From an uncultured Actinomycetes bacterium (lineage in GTDB: Bacteria; Actinomycetota; Acidimicrobiia; Acidimicrobiales; CAVTQP01), in assembly GCA_963736925.1 (NCBI GenBank), contig CAVTQP010000003.1:586868-650867 (forward strand): 64,000 nucleotides of DNA, read 5' to 3'. This document shows positions 1-10,379 of this stretch, in pieces. The position numbers and the translations under genes are program-made. Under the pieces are notes generated by a model. It was not told where the DNA came from, made no database searches, and worked only from the letters and a program-made list of their open reading frames with translations. The stretch's first letter is position 1; every line of letters starts with the position of its first letter.

Positions 1-1
1 C

Positions 2-625
2 GTCGAGATGGCTGTGGGCTTCGCCGATCTAGTGGGGTACACCGTCTTGAGCCAGGAGCTGGAGGACGAAGAGCTCGCCTCCCTCGTGGAGCGATTCGAC
101 GCGCTGTCACACGACATCGTCACCTCCTTGGGAGGCCGGGTCGTCAAGATGATCGGTGACGAGGCCATGTTCGTGGTTCAAGAGCCACGGCAAGCCGCCG
201 AGATCGGGCTAACGCTCTCCGAGGCATACGCCGACGACGAGCTCCTGTCGGACGTGCGGGTGGGACTCGCCCATGGCCGAGTGTTGCTGAGAGAGGGGGA
301 CTACTTCGGAGCCGTCGTGAACCTGGCGAGCCGATTGGTGAACCTCGCGAAACCGGGCACCGTTCTCGCGTCCGACGAGGTCCATTCGGTCATCGGCGGT
401 GACGACAGCTTCTGCTGGCGACGGCTCCGGGCTCGTCCGATAAAGGACATCGGCCGGGTGGACATGTGGGTCCTGCGCCGTGCCGGCGACGCAGATGCAC
501 TCACCCCTCCGAAGCGCCAGGACCGCGCCTGGAGCAGACCCGGGGGTCGAGGGTCATCAGGCCGATCCTCGGGACGAAGGTCGTCGGGGCGAGAGTCGTC
601 GGGGCGAGGGTCGTCGGGGCGATGA
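2..625 (+). CDS. Class III adenylate/guanylate cyclase catalytic-domain protein, 5' end cut by window edge, with SSGR-repeat C-terminal tail
   Basis: FADLVGYT...VKMIGDEAMFVV...GLAHGRVLLREGDYFGAVVNLASRL resembles the cyclase homology domain. The tail RRSSGRESSGRGSSGR is encoded by a 15-bp repeat. Confidence 0.8.
   Translation, partial: VEMAVGFADLVGYTVLSQELEDEELASLVERFDALSHDIVTSLGGRVVKMIGDEAMFVVQEPRQAAEIGLTLSEAYADDELLSDVRVGLAHGRVLLREGDYFGAVVNLASRLVNLAKPGTVLASDEVHSVIGGDDSFCWRRLRARPIKDIGRVDMWVLRRAGDADALTPPKRQDRAWSRPGGRGSSGRSSGRRSSGRESSGRGSSGR
579..623 (+). repeat. 15-bp tandem repeat x3 (ggtcgtcggggcgag-like), in frame at the 3' end of the cyclase gene
   Basis: Read directly: units at 579-593, 594-608 and 609-623. 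Confidence 0.9.
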
Positions 626-3274
626 TCAGTCCGCACCGGACAGACGGACCGTGGCGATGGCCCATGGTCCCAGGGAGAACTGCCCGTCGAAGGGCTCGAC
701 GGCCCGGCCCCGGAGATCGACCAACCACCCCGAACGGCCCTCGATCATCACGGTCGTGCCCGCGGCTCTCGGATTGAAGACACGCAGCTCCAAGGCACCC
801 GCCTCTCTGCGCAGAGCCGATACCTCGGCTCCCTCCACGTGCAATGCCGTCCCTGCTGACGGTCGGTGGCCGCCACCTTGGACCCGTACCACGCGAAGAG
901 GAACAAAAGCATCGTCCACCAACGCGTAGGGATCCGCCTCGCCGACCCAGACTCCGTAACGCGCTTCGATCGGCCCCAGCAGCTGTGGACCCTCCAGGGG
1001 GGTGAACGGCCCGGCCGGGACCGGGCGGTACGTCATCTCGATCTGTGACAACATGCCCGTGCACCTGAGCAAGGTGAGTGCCAGGGCGTGCGCGGCGCCG
1101 TCTTCGATGTCGATCAGCTCGTACTCCAGCAGCCCCTCGTGCACGACGGTAAGCCCGCCTGCGCTCACGAAGCGTCGGGAGGGGAATGTGGGCAGGCCAC
1201 GCTCGTTGGGGCCACCTTCCGCCTCGAGGCCCCTTTCGACGACGGCGAAGGCGCACTCCGCATGCGAGCTGGCGGCCGGCTCCGGGAGAGGGAAGGTCGC
1301 ACGGAGCCGGTGGTCGCGGCTGGGATTGTCGAAACGAGTATGGACGCGTACCAACCGTTCGCCGGATTGGAGCTCGAGGACGGTCTTCACCTCCACCGAC
1401 TTCTCGCCGAACCGCGCCCGATCGCGTATCTGAGCGGGCCAGATGTAATTGCGCTTGACCACCACTCGGGCGCGGACCGGCCCCCGCTCGATGACAGCTG
1501 TGGAGACCGACTGCGGTTGGTCCACGACGAGGTCCACGTCAGGTGGGGAGTAGTTGTAGGTGTCGCCGTGGTCACCGCTGTCCACGAGCCGATCGAAGCC
1601 CGCCAGGCCGTCCACCGAGAAGGTCCCGTCGCGCATGTCGATCGCCACCGACACGAGGCCGTTGGTCATCCGAGGACCCCCCGGCCCCGTCTCGTCGACC
1701 GTGACCGGGTGCTGCACCGGGCCGGCTTGCCAGGAGGTCCATCCGAAGCCTGGCACCTGGTCGACACGGGCGAGGAATCTCTGTGTCGGCGGTTGCTCGA
1801 AATGCAGCTTCACGAGGGCGTCGGGGCGCGCGCCGGTGACGGTGAAGAGCTCGCGCTTCATCTCCTCGACCAGCACGTCGGTTCGGGGATGGCTGTCTGC
1901 CCGGATGACCACCGCCATCCCGTCTTCGTCCTCTGTGATCTCGATGGCGTTCACAAAGCTGTGTGCGCCGATCTGCTGCTCTCTGATCTGGCCGAGAATC
2001 GAACGGACCTCGGGGACGTTGAGGGTGACTGGTTCACGGGGGGCTCTTGTCCTCCCGACCGGTTGAGCGCCCTCGATCTCGTCCCGACCGGGCGCGATCA
2101 TCTCCACCAAGCCGCTTCGGGAGCGCATCGAGGGGTTGACGACCACGTAACCCTCCCTGTCGATCGACGCGGCGAGCGCGGCCAGGGCGCGGTCCGCAAG
2201 GCCTTCGCCGATCTGGCGCGCCTCGGCGTAGCGGTGATTCACGGCGTTGACCACCTCGTCGAGCGAGCAGGCGCACACCGAGTCATGTGCGGAGTTGCGA
2301 AACATCTCGCGCCACGCCGCTTCCAGCAGCTGGCGGGGCCACTTCTCAGGGCGCAGGAAGAGCGCGCTGAGAGGTTCTGCTAGGCGCTCGAGCGCTCGTT
2401 CTGCACGCGCCGCCGACTGCTTCACGTCGACTCGGTTGGAACCCACGCCCATCAACAAGTTGGCTCGCGCCCCCGACCGGAGCTCACCGTCCCATCGCGG
2501 CAGGCCCTCGACCGGCGCACCTGACAGGAAGTCGTGCAGGGAGGTGATTTCCAGCTCGTAGTCGTCTTGGATCGCGTTGGCCTCGGCAACGACACGGCCC
2601 AGCCAGGGCTGAGGCCGTTGGTGGTCGGTGCCGTTCATGTAGAGGATGCCGTCCACGAGGAAGTCGGCGACCTCCTCCTCGTGCGCTCGCACCCGCTGGA
2701 TCAGAGCCTTGGCGTCATCGGGTATCGCGGCCCCGTTGCCGTAGCCGCAGACCAGGTACTCGGTCCTCACCGTTGAGCCGTCGGGCGCGGCCCACCAGAA
2801 GGCTGTGCGATCTACCGCCTCGGGCACGCCGCGCCAGACCACCGCGTGCTCGAGCCCGGCTTGGCAGAGTATCTGGGGCATCTGGGCTACGTGACCGAAC
2901 ATGTCGGGCAGGTAGCCCACGGGCATGGCGCCACCGAAGCGGGCAGCGATCTGCATCCCTGATTGGAGGTTCCGGACGATCGTCTCCCCAGATACGAGGA
3001 ACTCGTCCATCAGCGCGTACCACGGGCCGACCGACACGCGGCCCGAGCCGGTCAGCTTGCGGATCCGCTCCTCGGCCGTGGGGCGGATCTCGAGATAGTC
3101 CTCGACCATGGCGAGCTGCCCGTCGAGGAGGAAGCGGGTGTAGGAGGGGTCACCCTCGAGCCGGGGGATGAGCTCGTCGAGCATGTCCACGAGACGGAGG
3201 CGGAAGCTCTGATACGGCTCGTACCACTCCCTGTCCCAGTGGGTGTGCGGAACTATCGAGATGCGCCGCGTCAC
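626..3274 (-). CDS. Alpha-mannosidase, glycoside hydrolase family 38
   Basis: N-terminal ISIVPHTHWDREWYEPYQSFRLRLVDMLDELI signature and a length of about 880 aa. I chose the GTG start at 3274 because the ORF extension up to 3862 overlaps the divergent rpiB and looks non-coding. Confidence 0.85.
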   Translation of the reverse strand: MTRRISIVPHTHWDREWYEPYQSFRLRLVDMLDELIPRLEGDPSYTRFLLDGQLAMVEDYLEIRPTAEERIRKLTGSGRVSVGPWYALMDEFLVSGETIVRNLQSGMQIAARFGGAMPVGYLPDMFGHVAQMPQILCQAGLEHAVVWRGVPEAVDRTAFWWAAPDGSTVRTEYLVCGYGNGAAIPDDAKALIQRVRAHEEEVADFLVDGILYMNGTDHQRPQPWLGRVVAEANAIQDDYELEITSLHDFLSGAPVEGLPRWDGELRSGARANLLMGVGSNRVDVKQSAARAERALERLAEPLSALFLRPEKWPRQLLEAAWREMFRNSAHDSVCACSLDEVVNAVNHRYAEARQIGEGLADRALAALAASIDREGYVVVNPSMRSRSGLVEMIAPGRDEIEGAQPVGRTRAPREPVTLNVPEVRSILGQIREQQIGAHSFVNAIEITEDEDGMAVVIRADSHPRTDVLVEEMKRELFTVTGARPDALVKLHFEQPPTQRFLARVDQVPGFGWTSWQAGPVQHPVTVDETGPGGPRMTNGLVSVAIDMRDGTFSVDGLAGFDRLVDSGDHGDTYNYSPPDVDLVVDQPQSVSTAVIERGPVRARVVVKRNYIWPAQIRDRARFGEKSVEVKTVLELQSGERLVRVHTRFDNPSRDHRLRATFPLPEPAASSHAECAFAVVERGLEAEGGPNERGLPTFPSRRFVSAGGLTVVHEGLLEYELIDIEDGAAHALALTLLRCTGMLSQIEMTYRPVPAGPFTPLEGPQLLGPIEARYGVWVGEADPYALVDDAFVPLRVVRVQGGGHRPSAGTALHVEGAEVSALRREAGALELRVFNPRAAGTTVMIEGRSGWLVDLRGRAVEPFDGQFSLGPWAIATVRLSGAD

Positions 3275-3298
3275 GTGATCGAGGCTACCTTGGTGACG

Positions 3299-3706
3299 AT
3301 GCGGGTCGCCTTTGCCACCGATGAGGAGACTGGTTTCACCGAGGCCGTCCTGGGTCGCATGCGCGAGGCGGGCCACGATGTGTTGGTGCTGGCACGAGGC
3401 GCTCAGTGGCCGGAGGCCGGCAGGTCTGTCGGAGAGGCTGTGGCGTCGGGAGAGGCTGCCCGGGGGGTCGTGTGCTGCTGGACGGGGACCGGGGTGTCCA
3501 TGGCCGCCAACAAGGTCGAGGGAGTGCGGGCGGCGCTGTGCACCGACGCCGAGACGGCGAGGGGAGCCAGGCGCTGGAACGACGCCAACGTCCTGGCGAT
3601 GGGTCTGCGTCTGACGTCGCCTGAGGTCGCGTCGGAGATGCTCGACGCCTTCTTCTCCACCCCGGTCGACGACGCCGAGCGAGACAGCATCCATCGTCTC
3701 GGCTAA
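3299..3706 (+). CDS. rpiB: Ribose-5-phosphate isomerase B (RpiB/LacA/LacB family)
   Basis: MRVAFATDE...VVCCWTGTGVSMAANKVEGVRAALC...ARRWNDANVLAMG. ATG at 3299 within ORF 2963-3706. Confidence 0.85.
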   Translation: MRVAFATDEETGFTEAVLGRMREAGHDVLVLARGAQWPEAGRSVGEAVASGEAARGVVCCWTGTGVSMAANKVEGVRAALCTDAETARGARRWNDANVLAMGLRLTSPEVASEMLDAFFSTPVDDAERDSIHRLG

Positions 3707-3912
3707 CGCTCGGGGCGGTCGGGTGAGTCGGGAGATGGTCTCACCGGGTGGACCTTGAGCGGATTCGGGCTGCTGCGACCCGCATGGGAGGTGGCTGAGC
3801 GCTCCGGCGCCGACCACGCGCTGCGGCAAGTCTCGAGGAATGCGGTTTCGTCCCGTGGGCAAGGTGATCGAGGGACCCCCGCGCGTGGAGCTGTCGGAAT
3901 AGCCTCACGACG

Positions 3913-4575
3913 ATGGTCCTCGGAACCCCTCCCACTCTCACCATGGAGCGATCGCTCTGGGCCGAGGGGTGCGACGTGGTGGCAGGCGTGGACGAGGTGG
4001 GCCGGGGCGCGTGGGCGGGCCCGATCACCGTGGGCATCGCCGTGCTGCCCAAGGACCGGCGCGTCTACAAGGTGCGCGATTCGAAGATGCTGACCGAACA
4101 GGAGAGGGAGCGGCTCTTCGACCGGGTGTCAGCCTGGTGCGCGGCATGGTCGGTCGGGCACGCGAGCTGCGAGGAGTGCGACGAGCTGGGGATGTCGGCG
4201 GCGCAACGCCTGGCCGCGAGCCGCGCTCTGGAGAGGCTGGGCACCGAGCCACAGCATGTCCTGATCGACGGAAGGTGGGATTTCGTCGGAGGAGGGAACA
4301 CGAGGCGAATCGTGAAGGGCGACGCCACCTGCCTGTCGATCGCCTCCGCCTCTGTCCTCGCGAAGGTGACGCGTGACCGCATGATGCGAAAGGAGTCGGA
4401 CAGCTTCCCCGCCTACGACTTCGAGCTCAACAAGGGTTACCCCTGTCCGCGGCACAAGATGGCGTTGCGTGCCTGGGGCCCGACCTCGATCCACCGCCGG
4501 AGCTGGGTGTTCATGGACGCTCTCCCATGGGGCGGCCGATACGACAGGTCGGCGCAGCTAGAGCTCGACCTCTAG
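3913..4575 (+). CDS. rnhB: Ribonuclease HII
   Basis: VAGVDEVGRGAWAGPITVGIAVL...DSKMLT...GDATCLSIASASVLAKVTRD are typical RNase HII motifs. Confidence 0.9.
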   Translation: MVLGTPPTLTMERSLWAEGCDVVAGVDEVGRGAWAGPITVGIAVLPKDRRVYKVRDSKMLTEQERERLFDRVSAWCAAWSVGHASCEECDELGMSAAQRLAASRALERLGTEPQHVLIDGRWDFVGGGNTRRIVKGDATCLSIASASVLAKVTRDRMMRKESDSFPAYDFELNKGYPCPRHKMALRAWGPTSIHRRSWVFMDALPWGGRYDRSAQLELDL

Positions 4576-5822
4576 CCCTTGGGCTCCTTTGGCAGCCCGA
4601 GCACCCTCTCACCCACGATGTTCTTCATCACCTCGTCAGTGCCCCCCGCCACCCGCATGCCCGGGACGCCCAGCACCAGCTCGCCCCACGAATAGGTCCC
4701 CCACTCGCCGGTGTCGGCGATGATGAGGGGCCCGAGCGCAAGGCTCACGAGGTCGGCGATCCGTCTCATGTTGTTGGTCAAGGAGAGCTTGGCGATTGAC
4801 ATCTCCGGCCCGGGCAGCTGTCCCGATCTCACCTTCTCCATGGCTCTCAGGTTGGTGTAGGAGGAGACGCGGGCGTTGATGAAGACCTCGGCCAGCCGCT
4901 GGCGAAGAAGGGGATCCCCGTCCTTGCCCAGATGGCCCAGCAGCTCAATGAGGCGGCTTCCACCGATCGCGGTGAGAGCGCCGCCACCGCCGCCGATGGA
5001 AGCTCGCTCATTCATCAGCGTGGTGAGCGCTACGGTCCAGCCCCCGTTGACGTCTCCGAGGCGATGATCGTCGGGGACGCGCACGTCGGTGAAGAAGACC
5101 TCGTTGAACGAGGCGTCCCCCGTCATCTGCCTCAGAGGACGCACCTCCACCCCGGGGGCGTGCATGTCGATGACGAAGGCCGTGAGGCCCTTGTGCTTCG
5201 GCAGGTCGGGATCGGTACGGCAGATGATCTCCCCGATGTCGGAGTGCTGGGCCCCGGACGTCCACACCTTCTGGCCGGTGACCCGCCATTCCTCCCCGTC
5301 GCGGACAGCCCTTGTCTGCAGGCTGGCCAGGTCGGACCCGGCGCCCGGCTCGGAGAACAGCTGGCAGCCGACGACGTCGCCGCGATGCAAAGACCTGAGG
5401 TAGAGGTTCCTCACCCCCTCGGTCGCATGCGCGAGGATCGTCGGGGCGACCATACCCAGACCGACGCCGAATGCTGTTTGGGGTGGTGTGTCGTAGCCGG
5501 ACTCGACGGTGCGGTAGACGCGCTCGTAGCTGCCGGGGAGCTCGCGTCCCCCGTACCGGGACGGACCGGTGATCCAGCCGAAGCCCGCGTCGAACGCCTG
5601 GCGGCGCCACTCCTTCGCCGCTCCAAGCTCGGCGAGCTGCTCCTCGGGGGTCTTCTCGCTGAAGACCGAGACCTTGTCCGACCCCTCGCCCCATGCCTTG
5701 GTCTCTTCGACCTTGGGCTTGGCGTTGGCCGAGAGGAACGATATTGCCTCGGCTTGAAACTGCTCCTCGGTGATGGTGACCGTCATCGCCGACAGGCTAC
5801 GCCCTGGCTCCCGTTCGGGCAT
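4572..5822 (-). CDS. Acyl-CoA dehydrogenase family protein
   Basis: CQLFSEPGAGSDLASLQTRAVRDGEEWRVTGQKVWTSGA and C-terminal GGTDEVMKNIVGERVLGLP. Confidence 0.9.
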   Translation of the reverse strand: MPEREPGRSLSAMTVTITEEQFQAEAISFLSANAKPKVEETKAWGEGSDKVSVFSEKTPEEQLAELGAAKEWRRQAFDAGFGWITGPSRYGGRELPGSYERVYRTVESGYDTPPQTAFGVGLGMVAPTILAHATEGVRNLYLRSLHRGDVVGCQLFSEPGAGSDLASLQTRAVRDGEEWRVTGQKVWTSGAQHSDIGEIICRTDPDLPKHKGLTAFVIDMHAPGVEVRPLRQMTGDASFNEVFFTDVRVPDDHRLGDVNGGWTVALTTLMNERASIGGGGGALTAIGGSRLIELLGHLGKDGDPLLRQRLAEVFINARVSSYTNLRAMEKVRSGQLPGPEMSIAKLSLTNNMRRIADLVSLALGPLIIADTGEWGTYSWGELVLGVPGMRVAGGTDEVMKNIVGERVLGLPKEPKG

Positions 5823-5867
5823 CCCAGCTCCAAGCTCGGACGTTCAACCCGCCGGTATGGTTGACGA

Positions 5868-6815
5868 GTGTCGGTCTCCATAGTCCCGCCGGGTCAGCTC
5901 GCGTACGGGATGCAGCTACAGGTGCAGTCCAAGAGCAAGACGTTCGCCGAGGATTGGGAGCGGGACGCCGGGCGCGATGAGCTGGAGGCGATCGTCCGGA
6001 AGGCAGATGCGACGGGCTTCTTCTACGTGGCCGTGTGCGACCACGTGGCAGTACCACCTCCCCTGGACGCCCACATGGGCACGACGTGGTACGAGACGGT
6101 GGCGACGCTCGGATGGATAGCCGCCCTCACCCGCAACGTGAGGATCATGTCCCACGTGCTCGTCGCCTCTTACCGTCACCCCCTCGTGGCGGCCAAGTCG
6201 TTCATGACCCTCGACGAGCTGTCCGGAGGCCGGGCGATACTCGGCGTGGGTGCGGGCCATGTGGAGGGAGAGTTCGCCCTGCTCGGTCTGGATTTCGAGG
6301 GTCGAGGTCGGGCGACCGACGAGGCAATCGACGTGATGAGGGCCGCACTCGTCGACGAGTACCCCGACGTCGAAACGGCCAGCTTCGCGATCCACGGCGG
6401 CGGTATGGCCCCGCGCCCGCGTCAGCCCAACCTGCCGATCTGGATAGGCGGCTCGACGAAGGCTGCTCTTCGCCGCGCGGCCGCCCGGGGGGACGGCTGG
6501 CTTCCTCAAGGAACTCCCCGCGCGGAGATGCCGGCCCAGATCGAGTACCTGCTGGCGCAGCGGCGTCAGCTACGCGGCGACGACCCGATCGATCTGGGGA
6601 CCATCAGCGAGGTGCTCTACATCGGCGACCCGGCGTGGGACGCAGGGCCCGCCACCTTGTCCGGTTCACCCGGCTTCCTGGCCGAGCGCCTCCGACAGTT
6701 CGCGGAGATGGGCGTGAGCCACGTCCAGGTTCGATTTCGAAACAGGTCGTTGGACGAGCTGTTGGATCAGATGGACGCCTTCGGCTCGGAGGTGGGCCCG
6801 CTGCTCGTACGTTGA
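5868..6815 (+). CDS. LLM-class (luciferase-like) flavin/F420-dependent oxidoreductase
   Basis: FMTLDELSGGRAILGVGAGH...PIWIGGSTKAALRRAAARGDGWLP is the pattern of luciferase-like monooxygenases. Confidence 0.8.
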   Translation: MSVSIVPPGQLAYGMQLQVQSKSKTFAEDWERDAGRDELEAIVRKADATGFFYVAVCDHVAVPPPLDAHMGTTWYETVATLGWIAALTRNVRIMSHVLVASYRHPLVAAKSFMTLDELSGGRAILGVGAGHVEGEFALLGLDFEGRGRATDEAIDVMRAALVDEYPDVETASFAIHGGGMAPRPRQPNLPIWIGGSTKAALRRAAARGDGWLPQGTPRAEMPAQIEYLLAQRRQLRGDDPIDLGTISEVLYIGDPAWDAGPATLSGSPGFLAERLRQFAEMGVSHVQVRFRNRSLDELLDQMDAFGSEVGPLLVR

Positions 6816-6881
6816 AGCGGTGACCTGCCGCGATGCCTCATTTGGAAATCTCCTGGCCTTCCCATCGGGTATAACGGTCCC

Positions 6882-7814
6882 GTGGTGTTCGTCCTGGCGG
6901 CAGCCGCCGCCTTCTGCAACGCGATGGTCTCCATCCTTCAACGGATTGCCGCACGGACAGCACCTGAAGACTCCACGCTCAGCATCCGGCTCATCCTCTA
7001 TGTGATCCGCCGCCCGGTGTGGTTGCTGGGAATCCTCGCCATGATCGGGGCCTTCGTCCTGCAGGCTGCAGCGCTCTATTACGGCCAGATCTCGATCGTG
7101 CAACCGATACTCGTCGCGGAGCTGCTTTTCATCCTCGCCATCCTCTACGTCTGGTTCCACAGCCCGGTCGGTCCCCGCGAGTGGCTGGGCGGGTTCGCCA
7201 TCGCCCTGGGCTTGGCGGTGTTCCTGTACACGGCACACCCCAATCCCGGATCGGGAACACCGGACGTGGACGCCTGGCTGGGGGCCGCGGGGGGCACGTT
7301 GGCGGCCACGGCCTTTTGCTTGGCGATGGGTCGTTCAGGATCCAAGGCGAAGCGAGCCGCCTTCTACGGTGCTGCGGCGGCCGTCGTGTGGGCCTTCACC
7401 GCCGCCCTTATCAAGACCATGACGGCAGAGCTGCACCTGGGCATTGCCCATCTGTTCACCCACTGGCCCCTGTACGCCGTCGTGGGGGTCGGTGTCACCG
7501 GCCTCTTCATCGTGCAGAGCGCCTACCAGATAGGCCCGCTCACCGCCTCCCAGCCGGCCCTGATCATCGTGGACCCCATCGTCAGCATCTTCCTCGGGGT
7601 TTGGCTGTTCAACGACACCCTTGCGAGCCGTGGGGGGCGCGTGGCCGTCGAGACGGGCGCCCTCATCGTGATGTTCATCGGCGTGTTCTTCCTCTCCCGT
7701 TCGCCGCTGATACTGAGCGTGAAGGACGAGGACAAGATCAAGGACGAGATGAGCGGGCGCGACTCGGGTGACGACCAGGCGGTGGCCGGGTACGGCACCG
7801 CTTTCCGCCACTAG
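6882..7814 (+). CDS. Multi-pass membrane protein, DMT-superfamily-like
   Basis: About 9 hydrophobic helices. The N-terminus AAAFCNAMVSILQRIAAR...VWLLGILAMIGAFVLQAAAL resembles actinobacterial DMT-like proteins. Function unknown. Confidence 0.6.
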   Translation: MVFVLAAAAAFCNAMVSILQRIAARTAPEDSTLSIRLILYVIRRPVWLLGILAMIGAFVLQAAALYYGQISIVQPILVAELLFILAILYVWFHSPVGPREWLGGFAIALGLAVFLYTAHPNPGSGTPDVDAWLGAAGGTLAATAFCLAMGRSGSKAKRAAFYGAAAAVVWAFTAALIKTMTAELHLGIAHLFTHWPLYAVVGVGVTGLFIVQSAYQIGPLTASQPALIIVDPIVSIFLGVWLFNDTLASRGGRVAVETGALIVMFIGVFFLSRSPLILSVKDEDKIKDEMSGRDSGDDQAVAGYGTAFRH

Positions 7815-7823
7815 CTACCGGGA

Positions 7824-10379
7824 GTGGTCGCTCCCAGGGTCGAGGTGGTCGACCAGGCAATCCCGGGCCCCGCGCCGGTCAGCGCCCACTCCGTCTTTGC
7901 GAGCGTGCCGGAGGCCGCCGAAGCCGGTGTGCTGGGGCCAGGCGGCCATGTACCCCTCGGCCTGCCGTCGCACGTCGAGCTGGCGTCGCTCGACGGGCTC
8001 TGGGGACGGGTCGCCTTGAGCGAGGACCCTCCCCGTCACGGGTCGGCGCCCGATCTGCGGGGGCTGGAGTGGCAACGGGTCATGGTCCCCGACAACTTCG
8101 GTCTCGAGCCCACCCTCTCCGCGCACTTCGGCCCGGTCTTCTACAGGCGCCGCCTGGCCCCTCTCGCCTCCCCGCACAGCCGCCTGGTGCTCAACGGCGT
8201 GGACTACCTCGCGGACGTCTGGTTGGACGGCGACCACCTGGGACACCACGAAGGCTATTTCGCCCCCTTCGGCTTCGACGTCACCGGGAGGGTGGAGCGG
8301 GGTTCGGTCCTGACGGTGCGGGTGCAGGACCCGTTCGAGGACCTGGCCGACGACAAGAACATCTTTGCCCACGCCAAAAGGGTGATAAAGGGGACGCTCA
8401 AATACCACGACTCCCGTCCGGGCGGCCTTCCCGGGAACGATCTCACCAGGGGGTGGACGGCGCGAACCGGGCAGTCGATGAGCACCGGAGGCATCACCGG
8501 ACGTGTGGCTTTGTCGGGCAGCGGCCCCGTCCGGATCGAAGCTGCCTTCGTCACGCCTCTGGATCCCGGCGCGGGACTGGTCCATGTCGCGTGTGTCTTC
8601 GACAACCTGAGCGGCAAGTCACTCGACGCGACGGTGGTGCTGAGCTTTCCCACCACGCAGGCTCGAGATCAGCGGGCTCTTCGGTGCCGGCTGCCGGCCG
8701 GCTCGAGTCGCGTGGACCTTCGTTCGGCTCTTCCGGACGCCGAGGGATGGTGGCCCTGCTCGCACCTCGATCTCGGCAGGCCGGCCCTTCATGACTTGCG
8801 CACGACCGTGGTCGTGGACGGGCGGGTGTCGGACGAGAGGGTAGAGCGCTTCGGCCTCCGCACGGCGGTGGTCCGCGGGGAGCCGAAGCGCTTTGCCATG
8901 AACGGGAGGGACGTCTTCGTTCAGGCCGCCAACTACATCCCCCGCCAGCACTTCGCCGGCGTCGACGCAGCGTTCTACAGGCGGGACATGGAGATGGCCG
9001 CATCAGCTCATCTGAACAGCCTCGGGGTCCACGCTCATGTGCAAGCTCCGGAGTGCTACGTGGCCGCCGACGAGGCCGGCGTGCTGTTGTTCCAGGACTT
9101 CCCGCTTCAGTGGCGCTACGACTCCGGTGAAGAGACCAACCCGGGCTTCGTCGACAAGGCCCGCCGCCAGATCGCCGAGATGGCCTACGCCCTCTGGAAC
9201 CACCCGTCGGTGGTCTACTGGGCCTGCCACAACGAGCCCAACGCCATGTTCTTCCCTGGCCTCGAGCCGGACCCGGCAGAGGACATGGACAACCAGGTGC
9301 TCGATGCCGCGTTGGAGACCACGCTGCGTCAGATCGAGCCAGACCCCGATCATGGAGGCAGGCACGTCCACAGGGCGTCGGGTGTCGGAGAGGACTTGCA
9401 CCTCTACGACGGCTCTCTATCGGGAGGCGACGTCTACGGGTGCCGGAGGCACAGCTCATGGTTCGTCAGCGAGTTCGGGTTCTGGACGGTGGGCCCGCGG
9501 GCGTGGCGCTGGGGGGACGCGGGCTGGCCACCCGACCAGGAGGACATGGCCGAGTGGTTGAGCCGGTTGAGCTTCGGGCCGTCCACGATGAGCTACGCGG
9601 GGCTGCCGGACCGGTATCCCTCACTTCGCGCATGGCAGGAAGCCACCGAGGCATACGGCGCCTTTCTGGCGAAGTACCAATGCGAGTGGATCCGGCTCAA
9701 CCGTGGGGACCCCTTCTCCGCCTATCGCTGGCACTTCTTCGCCGATTGGTGGGGCTGGGCGGGCGGAGGCCTGGTGGACGTCGAGCGCCGGGCCAAGGGG
9801 ACCTATTCGGCCCTGCGGAGCGCTTCTCGCCCCCTTTTGGTGGCGACGTCTTTACCCTTCTCGGTCACCACCTCCGGCGCCCCGTTGGAGTTCGAGGTCT
9901 CGGGGGTGAACGAGCGCCGAAGCGCGTGTGAGCTCGAGGTGCGATGGCAGTGGATGCGCTGGCCCGAAACCCTGGTCGTGGGTGTGGACGAAGACGCGCA
10001 ACACGCTCTGGGTGCGGTGGACGCCGTGACCCCGGACGCGATGGTGGCCCTGCCAAGGAACTGGCACTCCCCGCTGATGCCCGCACCGGCGCTCCATGAC
10101 CCCGAGCTGGTGGAAGCAAGCGGCGTGCTCAACGGCACGGTGCCGCCCGAGGCCGCCGCCCGTCTGGGAACCGTGGAGCTCAGGGCGCCGTCCTCCGGCT
10201 TGTCGGGCGCCACCTTCGGGATGTGGTGGACGGATCGTGGGCACCAGGAGTCGAACTGGTTCCACGTCCTCGGCGCACCGGAGGGATGGTTCTGCGGTCC
10301 CGGAGCCTGGGTTGTGCAGGAGGGAGGCGTAAAGCGCCTTGGGACGGCCCGGGACGGTCGGTTATCTTCCCGATGGTGA
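7824..10379 (+). CDS. Glycoside hydrolase family 2 (beta-mannosidase/beta-galactosidase-like)
   Basis: [30 protein letters not shown] (GH2 sugar-binding domain) and [15 protein letters not shown] (TIM-barrel acid/base region). Overlaps the xylA start by 7 nt. Confidence 0.8.
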   Translation: MVAPRVEVVDQAIPGPAPVSAHSVFASVPEAAEAGVLGPGGHVPLGLPSHVELASLDGLWGRVALSEDPPRHGSAPDLRGLEWQRVMVPDNFGLEPTLSAHFGPVFYRRRLAPLASPHSRLVLNGVDYLADVWLDGDHLGHHEGYFAPFGFDVTGRVERGSVLTVRVQDPFEDLADDKNIFAHAKRVIKGTLKYHDSRPGGLPGNDLTRGWTARTGQSMSTGGITGRVALSGSGPVRIEAAFVTPLDPGAGLVHVACVFDNLSGKSLDATVVLSFPTTQARDQRALRCRLPAGSSRVDLRSALPDAEGWWPCSHLDLGRPALHDLRTTVVVDGRVSDERVERFGLRTAVVRGEPKRFAMNGRDVFVQAANYIPRQHFAGVDAAFYRRDMEMAASAHLNSLGVHAHVQAPECYVAADEAGVLLFQDFPLQWRYDSGEETNPGFVDKARRQIAEMAYALWNHPSVVYWACHNEPNAMFFPGLEPDPAEDMDNQVLDAALETTLRQIEPDPDHGGRHVHRASGVGEDLHLYDGSLSGGDVYGCRRHSSWFVSEFGFWTVGPRAWRWGDAGWPPDQEDMAEWLSRLSFGPSTMSYAGLPDRYPSLRAWQEATEAYGAFLAKYQCEWIRLNRGDPFSAYRWHFFADWWGWAGGGLVDVERRAKGTYSALRSASRPLLVATSLPFSVTTSGAPLEFEVSGVNERRSACELEVRWQWMRWPETLVVGVDEDAQHALGAVDAVTPDAMVALPRNWHSPLMPAPALHDPELVEASGVLNGTVPPEAAARLGTVELRAPSSGLSGATFGMWWTDRGHQESNWFHVLGAPEGWFCGPGAWVVQEGGVKRLGTARDGRLSSRW

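Noticed and set aside
3275-3862. N-terminal 196-aa extension of the mannosidase ORF (track ORF 626-3862).
   Set aside because: It overlaps the well-supported divergent rpiB. GH38 homology begins right after the GTG at 3274, and the extension is Arg/Pro-rich low-complexity sequence.
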